A stretch of 64,000 bases of DNA from Uloborus diversus (Eukaryota), in assembly GCF_026930045.1 (NCBI RefSeq), contig NC_072740.1, positions 29,556,384 to 29,620,383 on the forward strand. The letters are read 5' to 3'. Under the pieces are notes generated by a model. It was not told the origin of the DNA, did not search any database, and saw only the letters and a list, made by a program, of their open reading frames with translations. The position numbers and the translations under genes were made by a program. Of this stretch, positions 1 to 12,000 are shown piece by piece. Positions within the stretch are counted from its first letter, which is position 1. Each line of letters opens with the position of its first letter.

Positions 1-144
1 TTTGTATTTCTTTGAAATTCGGCCAATCGATTGTATTTTCAAGGTTATCATAAGTCCAAATTTTCAGATTTGTATCTCTTTTATTTTTTTATTAATGAGA
101 CGTGAATTTGTAAAAAAAAAAAAAAAAAAAACTCTTTTTTTTTT

Positions 145-550
145 CATGGATGTTTGAACATAAAATGGATCATAACTCAGCACCAAATATAGATAGAAAG
201 ATTTGGTAAAAAGCAATTTAAAGTACATTAGTTGCTGTTTAATATGATATGCAACATGAATAGTTTTTATTTTTTGAAAATGAAATTTAAATTTAAAATG
301 TAAATTTCTCTGAAAACATATGATGATTTTTTTTCAATTTTTTAAAAAAGTTTTTGTGTACTTTATTACTGTTTGAGCAAAGTTTCCAGTTGGAATCTCA
401 ATGGGATAACATTTTTATGAATTTTTGAATAAAATTTGACTTAGGAAAAAATGATATTTTTCAGATTCTATTTCAGATTCTAAAATTTTATCAAATCATT
501 CTATCTATAGTTGGTGCTGAGTTGACTCATTTTATGTTCAAGCATCCATG
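145..550. mobile_element. MITE-like element, about 400 bp, with roughly 55-bp terminal inverted repeats
   Basis: catggatgtttgaacataaaatggatcataactcagcaccaa(a)tatagatag at 145-200 is the reverse complement of ctatctatagttggtgctgagttgactcattttatgttcaagcatccatg at 501-550. Confidence 0.6.
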
Positions 551-1192
551 AAAAACAGAAGGTTTTTATAAAAATCCTAGTCACACAAATAAAAAAATAA
601 AAGTTGGACTTTTGATTACCTCAAAGGGTACTATAGATGAGCCAAATTTCAAAGAAATACAAAAATGTGAGGGAAAAACTTACTCAGATTTTGGATCACT
701 TGACATGGAATGACCCACTATGTTCCTGAAGCTATTGCAAACTTCTGGAAATTATGATTTTAAAAATTTAGTGCTCTGCTTCAAATTTTACAATTAATGT
801 AATAACAGGAAATGTGCTTAATTGAGTATATTTGCATTTTAAAATAAAACACAGAAAAGTTAGGCAGTTTCAAATCTGTTTTGCTTCCCAAATATTTTTA
901 TTAATTGTCATGTGATTTATAAGATATCTATTAATGTTTGAGAAATTACAATTAGTGAAAGCCATAGTTCAGAATGTAGCAGTTGTAAAAAACGTTAGTT
1001 ATTTTTTCTGGGATTTGTGAACTGCTCTCTGTGTTAAACAGAGAATTTTTATGCCTTTTTTTTTTTTTTTCAAAATTTTCAGGGATATTTTCAATAAGTA
1101 CTATTTATTTCATTAGTTTCATTTTGTAATAAGTATAGGCTTTTTATGTTTGTTTTCTACATATTTTTTTATCTTATATTTTTGGAAAAAAG

Positions 1193-1348
1193 GTTTATTG
1201 CCCAAAGATCAAGTGGAGGTCAACTCACATGTGTAGAAAATATTGATACTAAATATGGTTTGCTGGATGTTTCAAAGCCAAACAGACGTTTTCAAGTTTC
1301 TAATAAAACTGAAGAACAAACTATTTCCCCTTTGGCCAAAATACCCAA
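1193..1348 (+). CDS. NWD1: NWD1-like gene, coding exon (first seen in window; 5' boundary uncertain, alternative acceptor at 1207/1208). Encodes ...QRSSGGQLTCVENIDTKYGLLDVSKPNRRFQVSNKTEEQTISPLAKIP(K)
   Basis: ORF 1146-1352 in frame. GTAAGC donor at 1349. Ends phase 2 (AA), which joins G1872 to give K, then WHTVRIFISS in the next exon. Polypyrimidine tract upstream of the candidate acceptor. Confidence 0.55.
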
Positions 1349-1871
1349 GTAAGCATTTCTGTTATGTCTAGCTATGTTTTTCAAGGATTGTTTTGTTCTT
1401 GTATTGAAAACATAATTGTAAACCATTCATATTGCTTAAGGCTATATTCATGGATGTATTTTTTGTTGGATGTCATAGGCTCCCTTTATTTTGCATTATA
1501 AAGGGTTCCCCCTCCCTCAAACAAGACCCAAAATGTGAGCATGTTATTTTTTTGCTGCAATATTGTGCTTTAAAAGCTGTTTTTTTTATGTATGTGTTGT
1601 TTTAAATTAAAAATAAATCAATGTAATTTTTGCATATTATAAAGAAAAATAGCATCTCAAGGCAAAAGAAAAGTATGATGTAATTGTAACATAAAGACCT
1701 GGAACTGCTTGGAAATACAAAACTTTGATGTGTAGTACATCATATTAATATTTGTTACCCTATTTTAAACAGAATGTGTTTTATTGATTTACATTTGGAT
1801 CAAAAATTTCAGTATTAAAAAATCAGTTTTCACTACTGGTATTGTTTATCATGGCACATTCTACATTTTAG

Positions 1872-2048
1872 GTGGCATACTGTACGTATATTTATTTCAT
1901 CCACCTTTAAGGACATGCATTCAGAACGGGATTTATTAATAAAATTTGTTATGCCAGAACTTCAAAGAAGGGCTGCTTCTATTTTCATCCGTATAAATGA
2001 AGTTGATCTAAGATGGGGCATCAGTGAATCAGGCACTGAAAACAAACG
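1872..2048 (+). CDS. NWD1: NWD1-like exon: DUF4062-type N-terminal motif (K)WHTVRIFISSTFKDMHSERDLLIKFVMPELQRRAASIFIRINEVDLRWGISESGTENK
   Basis: ttttAG acceptor at 1870-71; GTATGT donor at 2049. The FISSTF-DM--ERD...PEL...VDLRWG motif is the DUF4062 signature found N-terminal in NWD1/NWD2-type STAND proteins. Phase continuity with flanking exons. Confidence 0.8.
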
Positions 2049-2799
2049 GTATGTATTTTACTAGGTTTTAAATGGTATAAAGTTTTGTTTTCATGATTTT
2101 TTTTGTACTAATTAGTGTTATGCTCTCCCCTCCCCTACAAAAAAGAGAAAATTTCTAACTTTAAAATATGCTTGAGTATTGCACTAAACAGGAACTCTTA
2201 ATTTTATGTTCTACAGTCCACTGTTGTTAAATGCTAACTCAAATACAAATACAAAAGTGACGACCAGCAACAGGCTCTGGGCCCAGCTAGAGGGTCACTT
2301 TGCGCCATGCTATGTGCAAAGTGGTGATTTTTCACTTTTTTTCTCTCTTTAGGTACCATAACTTTCACATTAAATTTCTAACTTTTGTTCATTTTGAAAA
2401 ATATGATTTATCTTAACTTATTTCACTTTATCGCACATTCTCCTATGTAGAGTGTTTGGTTTTCCTTTACCTTGCTGAAAGATTTCCTGAATTTTTAATT
2501 TTAAAAGTCCATTTTCGAAGTCAATTAGATTTATTAATCTGCATTCATATAATTCCTGTTATTCAGAAAGTAATATCCTTCATACTTACACTAGACACAC
2601 ATTTGAGCAGTTGAAAATAATCTGCAGCATTATTATCAGTTTTATTTTGAGTTTTCAACGTTTTTACTCAGTTGAAAAGCAGTTATTCAATACATATTTA
2701 TTTAAGTGTGGAAAATTTAAGTTAAATAGTTTTTGAAATTTATTTTAAATGAATAAATAAATAAGTTAATAAATGAAAAGTTGCAGGAAACTGCATTTT

Positions 2800-3740
2800 A
2801 GATGAATGTTTTTGTTTATAGCGAAGCTTCCAAAGCAAATGCAACTGCGCAGGTAATAATTCACATTTTTTATGAAAATCAACCCATAAACAAAATATAA
2901 CAACATAAACATAACCAAAATAAGAAACATAATTTATTGTACATTTTATGTAATGTTCAATAGTTTGCATTGAGGTAAACATCAAATTCTGTTTTTGGAA
3001 ACTTAGGCAAGTAATAATCTTGTCTATTTCCATCTTGCGAATGACCAAACATGGCGTCTGCGCGAAAAAGGCGTGATTCTAATTAGATTTTTGAATTTGT
3101 TACATAAAAGTAGAAATAAATTCAAAATCTTTAAAAAAATACGATTTAGATGAAATAGTCAGTTTTTAGCACTTTAGCCTCTAAAGCAATGAAGGTAAGA
3201 TATTCTAAGATAAATTTTTGCACTTTATAAGACACTAATTAAGAATTATCCGAAAAAAATGGCATATTTTGCATAATTTTCAACAGTTTGCATTGCAATA
3301 AACATCCAATTCCGTTTTGAAAGCGTAGGCATTTAAAGTGTCTTGCGTAGCAACATCTTGGAAATGACCAAACATGGCGACTATGCCGAAAATTAAGATA
3401 TAAATTTTTGAATTTGTTGCTAAAAAATATTTTAAAAATAAAAATCCTCATGAGGTTACATTTTAGTTGAAAAGCTTTTAGCACTTTTGCGTCCAAAGCA
3501 ATGAAGATAAGGTGAAATTTTAAATATAAAATTTTTCATTCCTCAAGAAAATTACTTTAAAAAATAAAAATAAAAGAAAACGATTTGCTGCACATTTTAA
3601 GCTATTTTCATCAGTTTGCAGTTAAATAAAACATCCAATTCTGCTTTGTTTTTGAAAACTTAGGCACTTAAGTATCCTATCTACTTCGATCTTGTGAATG
3701 ACCAAAGATGGCGACTATGTTTCTAGCTGAAATGCTGAAA
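2800..3740. repeat. Tandem satellite, unit about 320 bp, roughly 3 copies. Each unit contains the core GACCAAA[CG]ATGGCG[AT]CT.
   Basis: The blocks tttgcattg...gaccaaacatggcg... recur at about 2960, 3288 and 3613, with a partial unit from about 2800. The minus-strand ORFs 2740-3048 and 3239-3496 are read from this repeat. Confidence 0.7.
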
Positions 3741-4195
3741 GCATCCATCGCCTTTTCCGGCCAAAAAAAACGATCTATAAACGATCTTTGCAAAGTTGTA
3801 TTTATTTTTTTGTCTTTTATTTATTTATTTTTCTTTCTTTCTTTTTGTTATTTTATAAAATTGTCTGCAGGTCGCTGCGTCTCCCAGTTTCTGCTGCCGG
3901 GGACACACATAAAAGAACACAGCACGCACACCCACATTTCATTAGAGTTTATTTTCTAAAAATTCTTATGATCCCAATGAACTATCTCACCATTTTAATC
4001 GTTCTCTATCTTTAAGTATTTTAGAATGTTTATTGTGGTTCATATTTTAATGTTTTATAAAGTGTGAGATTTATTTTACATTGATCAAGCATTTGCTGAG
4101 AAATTGTTTAATCATCGAAAGCAAGTTACTATTCTTTGCTACATATGTATTGAGTCATTTTAAATGGAACTTTTTCTTCTTTTATTTTCTTTCAG

Positions 4196-4435
4196 TGCTG
4201 CAGAATTATGTTTACTCGAAGCGCAGAATTCAGATCTTTTTATTGGAATTGTTGGAGGAAGATATGGCACTCTGTATAACTTTGGTGCTCCAGATTCTCC
4301 TACTCTTGATTGGGTTACCACAGAGTGTGAATGGGAATCAGGTTTATCAATTACTGCACTAGAAATGCGTGCATTTAGCATGAAAAATCCTGAATGGAAA
4401 GCATTCTGTTATCTGAGGGATGGCTCGTTTGCTCG
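4196..4435 (+). CDS. NWD1: NWD1-like exon: (R)AAELCLLEAQNSDLFIGIVGGRYGTLYNFGAPDSPTLDWVTTECEWESGLSITALEMRAFSMKNPEWKAFCYLRDGSFA
   Basis: ORF 4164-4439. tttcAG acceptor at 4194-95; GTAATA donor at 4436. Continues DUF4062 (DLFIGI.G.RYG). Phase 2 in, phase 2 out, consistent. Confidence 0.8.
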
Positions 4436-5014
4436 GTAATATGAAAATACTACTTAGTAATATGTTTTGATGTAGCCTATCTCAGCAGTCAGTGCGATCA
4501 TGAATCAGGATTCGATTTTTTTTTGAGGAAAATAACAATATAATCCTGAATAATGGAAGAAATGGTTAAAACCATCAGAAAACAAGACAGTTATAAGTTC
4601 AAATATTTTAAAGTTTTTATTAATAAATGCTTTAGAAAGCTCACTCATAAAACTTGCATGTGTTTATCTTGCTGAATATGAGCTCAATATTTTTCATTTA
4701 TGGGGTAGATATTTCTAAGTAGTTTTATTCTTAAAGTTTAAATATGATTCTAAGTACTTTTATTCAAAAAAAAAAAAATGTCTTATTGTTCTAAACTGCT
4801 CTATAATCTCAATTATTTTAAATGCTTCATTCAAAACTTCATTTCTAAGCAACACATTATCTAAACTTTCAACATCTAGTTAATTACTTTCAGATTCATA
4901 ACATTTTTAAAAGTTATTATGAAATAGTGTTTTTTAAGTAATATTATATGCATTTTAGTTGATTTTTATTTTGTAATGTCTGATATTTTAAAATGAATAA
5001 AATTTTATTTTTAG

Positions 5015-5128
5015 GGGTTTGCCAACAAAGTGGAAATCTTATTTTGTTGATGAGGATGAAAATTTACTCTCAAAATTAGAAAAATTTAAATCTGTTATAA
5101 GAAAAAGTGGTGTAAAAGTATTCAATGG
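5015..5128 (+). CDS. NWD1: NWD1-like exon: (R)GLPTKWKSYFVDEDENLLSKLEKFKSVIRKSGVKVFN(G)
   Basis: ttttAG acceptor at 5013-14; GTATGT donor at 5129. Open in the required phase. Confidence 0.7.
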
Positions 5129-6479
5129 GTATGTTTACTTTTTCTTTTAGTTAAAACTATTTGTGTTAGTATTTCTTTCTTTCTTTTTTTGTGGGTAAAG
5201 AAAACTAAATTTCAGTTTAGTTTGAAAAAACATAAGCCACCCAAGCTGTCAAACATTGTTCACTACCTGTGGTTTTGTGGAACATTCATGTGCAAATTTA
5301 TTAGTTATTATTATTAGGCATTTTGTGTAAAGTTCTAAAATGTCTGATATATTTTTAGTAGTGTTTAAATGTCATGAAAGTTCAATAAATAAATAAATAA
5401 ATAAATAAATGAACTTGAAAATAAGTTTGGAAAATAAAAAAAAAAAAGACGAAAATTGCAGAAAAATGCCAAAAATTTTACATCTTATGTTATGCAAATC
5501 TTTTTTATTTATTTATCCTTTTTTTAAGCCAAGCCTTACTATAAGCTACCAAAATGCATTTAATTTCTCTTCACCTTCAATTTTCATGTTAAAACTTCTT
5601 TTTGTTTTGATTATATCCTCTTAGCATGAAGATGTCTATGTATGCAATTCTCTAACGAGTTATGAAATTAGTTGAGCATGTATTTTAGGTCCAAATAAAT
5701 ATCAGATGCTTTAATTTTTTGCATGATCTACAGAAACGTATTTCCTATCATTTAGAAGGCACAACTCACCTGTTCTTTCAAGATTCTCATAAAATTATTG
5801 CAATTCTAAAAAAGCGGAGGGAAGGGGGAGGGTTTAGAGAGCTATTTTAAGTTCTGTTTTAGTGTCACAAAATTTCACTTTTGAAATTCTTTTTACACTC
5901 GGTTTCATAAATTGTTTGACTTAGCAATTTTTGCTGTTCACTTTCAAGTAGAAAAGCAGAGAGGGGGGGGGGGGGGGAAGAAGTTACAAATTATCTTAAA
6001 TTTGTACAAAATTATCCACTCTTCTTGATCCAATGATTCAACATGATCCTAAAAATTAATAAACTATTGAGTTTTTCTGTCATATAAACTGCTTTTTTGA
6101 AACCTAATTAACATTATTTATCATTCTACATATTTCTGCTCGAAAAAAAAGAAAAAACAAAGTATAACAAAAAAAAATTTCATATTTAAATAGAAAGAAA
6201 TATAGCTTTCTTTTTTGAAATATGCTTTAAAGGCTCAGTGTTTGCTACTTGCATTTGATTTCTCTCATTTTTAAAAAAAAATCAACAGCATAGTTTAATT
6301 TAAAATCAACATTAATTACTTACTCTTGGGTCATTCCATCTAAAACGGTCATTTTTTCCCTCACTTGATGCCTTAGGTATGTCATTAAAAATAATACTTT
6401 AAAATATTAATGAACAAATTTCCCCTCGGTCTCTTCTTTGCTCAAGACTACATTTTAAGCCTTCTAAGCCTGGAATCAT

Positions 6480-7430
6480 AATCTAATTGGGAAAGTCCAC
6501 TTATTAGCCTTGTAGCCCGCCTTTAAACCCTTTCCAAAAAATTAATGTCTTTCGTAAGATAAGGAGACCAAAACTGAACAGCATACTCCAAATTGGGTCT
6601 TACCAAACTTCTATATAAGGGCAGAAGAACTTCTTTAGATTTGTTTGAAATAGATCTATTGATAAACCCAAGCATCTTATTGGCTTTGTTGCTAGCAATG
6701 CTGCACTGTTGGCTAAACTTTAAATCCTGACTTATTAAGACCCCCAGATCAGTAACTTTGTCTGCGTGACTAATGACTGAACCTTGCAAATAATAACTTG
6801 TACACTTATTTCCATGCCCTAATTGTAGCACTTGACATTTCCCAACATTAACAGCCATATCCCATTTATCAGCCCACTCCGTAATATGATCTAGATAATC
6901 TTGCAGCTGATTTGCTTGTTCTTCATTTTCTACAGTCCCCATAACTTTGACATCATCAGCAAAACAATTCATGTTCCCAGAAATATTTTTGTGAATATCG
7001 TTCATAAAGACAATGAACAAAACAGGCCCTAACACTGATCCTTGAGGAACCCCACTTAAGACCTCACTCCAATTAGAATAATTTCCCCTTACAACTACCC
7101 TTTGTTTCCTTCCGGTCGCCAGTTTTTTACCCAAATGAAAGTTTTCCCTCCTATTCCTATATCAGCTAATTTGCTAAGTAGAGCAACATGCGGTACCTTA
7201 TCGAAAGCTTTTTGAAAATCAATGTAAACAACATCTACAGGCTTCTTATTGTCCAAAGCCATGGTAACTTTGTCATAGAAATGTAATAAATTAGTTGCAC
7301 AAGATTTACCTTTCCTGAAACTGTACTGAAAACTAGTCAATAGATTATTAGTCTCTAGAAAATTTACTATCTTAATTTTCATCAATGTTTCAAAAATTTT
7401 GCAAACCACCGAAGTTAGACTAGCCGTAAC
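6480..7430 (-). mobile_element. Non-LTR (LINE) reverse-transcriptase fragment, copy 1. Frameshifted pseudogene inside an NWD1-like intron.
   Basis: Minus ORFs 6523-7134 and 7095-7409 are in different frames. RT motifs YIDFQKAFDKVPH, FRKGKSCATNLL and NCFADDVKV (F/YxDD box). Confidence 0.75.
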
Positions 7431-7862
7431 AGCATTTGTGCCAACAACTGTAAAAGAGACAATTTTTTAACTGATTTACCTTTTTCTTTGATTTTGCCTC
7501 ACTGACAAGACGGCAAAAGATGGTACACAATTAAGGTGCATGCATGTATTGTAGGAATGTTTTTCTGAAATCATGATCATTTGAGATGAATCATTTTTAG
7601 ATATGACAAAACTTGTGTGGAGCTTCAGCATTTTAATGTTTTTTTGATTGAAATAATTTGCATGTAATTGCTAATAAAATGTTTTGGGAGTTAAAGTTTA
7701 GAATAATGACTTATGGCAGCAATTTATAATCAAATGTTTTCATGAGTAAAGAAGTCCTAAATAATGACATTTCCCCCCCATTTAATTACTTTATGTGACA
7801 TATTGTTAAACATTTCAGCTTCTAGATTTATTTATTTATTTTTATTGAAATTTCTTAAACAG

Positions 7863-7980
7863 ATATCCATGTCAGTTTGCTGGAATTCTTAAGGGTAAAC
7901 CAATCTTGTCAGGATTAGAGACGTTTGGAAGTACTGTTATAGAAGATGTATGGAATGCCCTAAAAAGAATACATGATGAG
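7863..7980 (+). CDS. NWD1: NWD1-like exon: (G)YPCQFAGILKGKPILSGLETFGSTVIEDVWNALKRIHDE
   Basis: aaacAG acceptor at 7861-62; GTATCG donor at 7981. Phase 2 in, phase 0 out. Confidence 0.7.
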
Positions 7981-8224
7981 GTATCGTGAGAAAATTCAAA
8001 AATTATATAGCAAATTAGTGCTTTTGTTGTACTTCTCACTAAAAAAATGTGTTTCAGTAAAACATAGCTTATATAATGTGTTTTACAAAATATTTATTTA
8101 ACATAATTATGTAAAACAAAACATGAAGTTGGTGCTCTTCTAATCAAGGAACCATACCTTATTGTAAAAATTAAAAAAATCAAATAAGTAGCATTGTAAG
8201 AGCGTAGTAAAACGTTTTTTTTGA

Positions 8225-8465
8225 GACAAAAATCATTTGCCCTCATCCCTCCATTATCTAAATATAAGGTCTTAAAATTGGCAACATTTAAAAAAAAAGC
8301 CCTAAAATTTGCTATAAATGGACATTTTAAATATCGCTGTAGCTTTGTTAACATTAAAAGATATCAACATTCTGATCCCTGTTTCCAGAACCTTCCATTT
8401 CTTGCTATACTTGGTAACTTTTCATAAAATGTCCCTTACATTTTGATAATAAGGAGACAAGGGCA
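8225..8465. mobile_element. Possible short MITE with imperfect terminal inverted repeats
   Basis: catttgccctcatccctccattatc at about 8233 against gataataaggagacaagggcaaatta at about 8445. Imperfect inverted repeat. Confidence 0.35.
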
Positions 8466-8599
8466 AATTATTTATGTGTCAAAAAATATGCTTCACAATA
8501 CTTTTTCAATTGCTACTTATTTTTTTTTTTTTTTTCATTACTACACTATTTGTGTGGTTTCCTGATTAGTAAGTGCAAGTAAAATATACTTTATTTTAG

Positions 8600-8779
8600 A
8601 ATCCATGCTTGGATGAAGTAGCTGAAGAGGATATGAATCAAGTTGATCTTTTTGACTCACACCAGTTTTGTGTTGGAGAAAAAAATTCATGTATTGGAGA
8701 TGTTTTATCTGCTATTCAATCTGATTCTGAAATTGTTGTAATGTTTGGATCCCCAGGCTCTGGGAAAACATCAACAAGT
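8600..8779 (+). CDS. NWD1: NWD1-like exon carrying the NACHT Walker A/P-loop: NPCLDEVAEEDMNQVDLFDSHQFCVGEKNSCIGDVLSAIQSDSEIVVMFGSPGSGKTSTS
   Basis: ORF 8609-8833. GSPGSGKTS matches the Walker A consensus GxxxxGK[ST]. ttttAG acceptor at 8598-99; GTAAGT donor at 8780. Confidence 0.85.
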
Positions 8780-9752
8780 GTAAGTGGTTTAAAACAAATG
8801 AACTATCCTCCTAGTATGTTTTTCCTAATGTAAAAAAAAAATGTTTTATACTGTGTAAGTTATAGATTGAAACTCTTTAGATTCACACAGATGCATATAT
8901 ACACATACGTAGGGATTCCAATACCGGACCAAAAATGCAATACCAGTATTCGATATTTTTTAATGTGATACCAGAATATCAGTAATAATACTGGTATGTT
9001 TGGGGGGGGGGACAGAAGTGATAGAAATGCATGGATAATTTAGTTTCTGTAGTAGAAACAGCTTCCTCTGGTAACCTTGAAGTAATATTGCTTACTTGAC
9101 AAAAAATAAAAAAGGTAATATATACATAAAAATAAAATGAAATTTCACTTAACTGACTTCAGTTGAATGAGGGTTAGATTAAAAGAGTTTTGAAAAATCA
9201 AGGTTCTACTCTGTTATGAGTAAGTTAAATTCCATGCATCACTAAATATTTTAAACTTTTTTGTTTACTACCTAAAAAGAGATCAGTTATGACTGTAATA
9301 TTTGTGCTTGACTTAATTGTTTTGAGTTGTGTGTTTCCTAGACATGACTTAAAAAAAATATTCCGTTAAAAATAAATTCTGCCATAAAGTTCATGTACCT
9401 ATAATGAAAAGAACCTATTTCCTATGAAAACCAGATTTTTGTTAACAATTTATCTTTTAATAGATCAAAAATTCTAAAATATACTCATTCATAGCAGAAA
9501 AAAATGGCAGTAAATAAAAACATTATTAAATCAAATTAAAAATGTATGAAGATTTTGTCCATTATTGAATCTTTTAAATTTTTGCTTTACTATCATTATT
9601 TTTGTGTTTTACTTCACAATCATTTGACATCATTGCTTCTAATAATTTAGAAACACATATTTTCTTGATTGTTTGAACAACTGTGTGCTATTATTCTGTT
9701 TTTTTTTTTATTATTTATTTTATTTTTTTAAAAATTTTTATATCATTTTTAG

Positions 9753-9907
9753 GTTCAGCTATTGAAAAAACTTGAAAACTATCCAATAATAAAGTATTTT
9801 ATTGGTGGGTCTCCACAATCAAAAGATCTTTCTTATATGTTACATTACATTTGCAACTCTATAGTCAAGCAATTCCCCGTTTCTGCTGTTTTTCCACAAC
9901 TAGCTAG
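9753..9907 (+). CDS. NWD1: NWD1-like exon (NACHT): VQLLKKLENYPIIKYFIGGSPQSKDLSYMLHYICNSIVKQFPVSAVFPQLA(R)
   Basis: ttttAG acceptor at 9751-52; GTAAAT donor at 9908. Phase 0 in, phase 2 out. Confidence 0.7.
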
Positions 9908-11369
9908 GTAAATAGTATTTATTGTAGCACTGTTTCAGTGTACATTCTTTTTTGTTTCAATATTTGCTGTTGTTGTTATTCTCTTGTGCCAGCTAGGATG
10001 GCAATTCGGATTGCACTGCTTCATTTTCCAACTGTCCCGTAATTTGGTGTGTTGTTCAACTTCCATAATACACACATGCTGTAAGGAGCTGTTTGCAGGG
10101 TTAATCAGCTTGAACTAATATGAAATGTTTGCAAAATTTTGACTGTCCTTGTTTGACAAAAATTCAATAAAAAGTGATTATTACTTTCAATATGAGTTAT
10201 AGCAACCTTTTATGTTCATGAACTTCCTTTCTAACAGATGAAAATTGAAAGGGTGAAAATAGGGGAATTGAACCATTGAATTATGTAACCATTGAACCTT
10301 TACCATTGAATTAGGTAAAAGTAAACTCATTTCAAAAGTCAACTTTGGACAGCAAGCAAATGAATTAGAAATTTATTCTTGCATAAATTCAGTAGCTATG
10401 TTTAAAAGAAGTAAATAAATTAATTTAAAACAAAATGATAAGATTTCCAATACATGCAGTGAATTTCATATCCATTAAACTTTTATTTCACTTTATGCAT
10501 TATTGTTTGTTACATGAAGTTGCAGAGTTAATGTCATTTAAACTATATTTTTGAAATTATATTTAAAATGATTTTTAAACAAGATAAGCATTTCATTACT
10601 TTTATTAAAAATGGAAGCCTTTTTCCAGTTTTATGGTATGTTTTTGTGTTTTGAAAATTATTCTCTTGTTGTGAGTTATGATGAATTTGTTCTTTGAACA
10701 TTGCCATTAAATTCTGTGTTGAAAAAATTAAGTGGACATATCGTCACCTTGGTGTTGTTACGCAGATTAAATGTCTTACTGTTGCTCTGAGGTGACGATA
10801 TATATTAAAATATGAAACAAGTTTGCTCAAAACTAGTTGCCAAACAAGTATACTAATAACACTGCATGACAAAAAAAAAAAAAAAAAAAAAAAACCTTTT
10901 AAAATGCTTCCAACACCATTCTTGCTAATTCTTACATAAAATTACCCCCTAAATCCAAATATGACAGTGTTTTTTTTTTTCCATCTTTGCCCTACTTTTT
11001 GGAAATGGATTGTTAGAACCCCCCAATTTGCTTTCATTTTCGAAAGTTTCATAGCTACCACCTAAATTTGGAGGGGAAAGGAGCATTATATTAACCATTA
11101 ACATTCTTCTTTGGTTCTACAGAGCTTTATAGTCCAAAAGCATGAACATTAGTAGAAACTCGGGAGACTCCCCCTCCTAAAATATTTTTAAAATAATTAG
11201 AAGTGATCTTTTTTGCTAGGGGTTTGTTTTACAATATTTCACTTATTTTTCGGTGTAAAACTACAGTATTGGACTCACTCCTATGTGCCTCAGTTCAAAA
11301 AGTATTTACAAAAAATGTTGGAAGCATTTCATGATGCATGCAAGAGTTATCCCAGATCAACAGTAGTTA

Positions 11370-11690
11370 AACTTCCTGTGTCATTTATATTTATTCAAGT
11401 TACATTCACAGATATCATTAAGATTAAAAGTGAAATTAAGAATGTTCATAATGATGCATTGATGGCTTCTTATACTTTTGGAGACAAATTGTTTATTACT
11501 ATAAAAAGAAGGGATACAAATATATAGGATGCACGTAACAAGTGATGTCACTTCACTTAAACAATTTGCTGCATCTCCTGTGTGTGAAATATTAATCTAC
11601 AATAATGTTTCTTTATGAGCATTTTAAATTTCAAGTTTAATCTTAATTATATCTGTGAATGTAACTTGAATAAATATAAATAATACAGGA
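11370..11690. mobile_element. MITE-like element with roughly 40-bp terminal inverted repeats
   Basis: atttatatttattcaagttacattcacagatatcattaagatt at 11381-11423 against aatcttaattatatctgtgaatgtaacttgaataaatataaat at about 11638-11680. Confidence 0.55.
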
Positions 11691-12000
11691 AGTTTATTCA
11701 CTGAAGATCTGCAATGCAACTTGTGTGCAACATGCGGTGTTTCAGACGTTGAAAGCAAAAGTAAAAATACTTGATGGAAAGTGGGCATTGGGCTCGTAGG
11801 AGTGAGTTAGATACACTGGGTTTACACCAAAATATAAGTGAAAAAATTGCAACACACAAGGCAAGAAAAAAGAATAATTTTTATGATTTAAAAAATATTT
11901 TAGTTTGTAATACCCCTATGAGTTCCAAATTTGCTGCTGCTGTTCATGCTTTAGGACTTGTGACTTCTCTTGCGAATCAGTAGAATTTTGATGGTTTATA

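Noticed and set aside
2740-3496. Two minus-strand ORFs of about 100 and 85 aa (2740-3048, 3239-3496)
   Set aside because: Both lie in successive units of the 320-bp satellite, are low-complexity, and are intronic.
11213-11527. 104-aa plus-strand ORF (LQYWTHSYVPQFKKYLQKMLEAFHDACKSY...) between the Walker A and Walker B exons
   Set aside because: It is not phase-compatible with the phase-2 end of exon 9753-9907. It runs through the TIR and interior of the MITE at 11370-11690. No recognisable domain.
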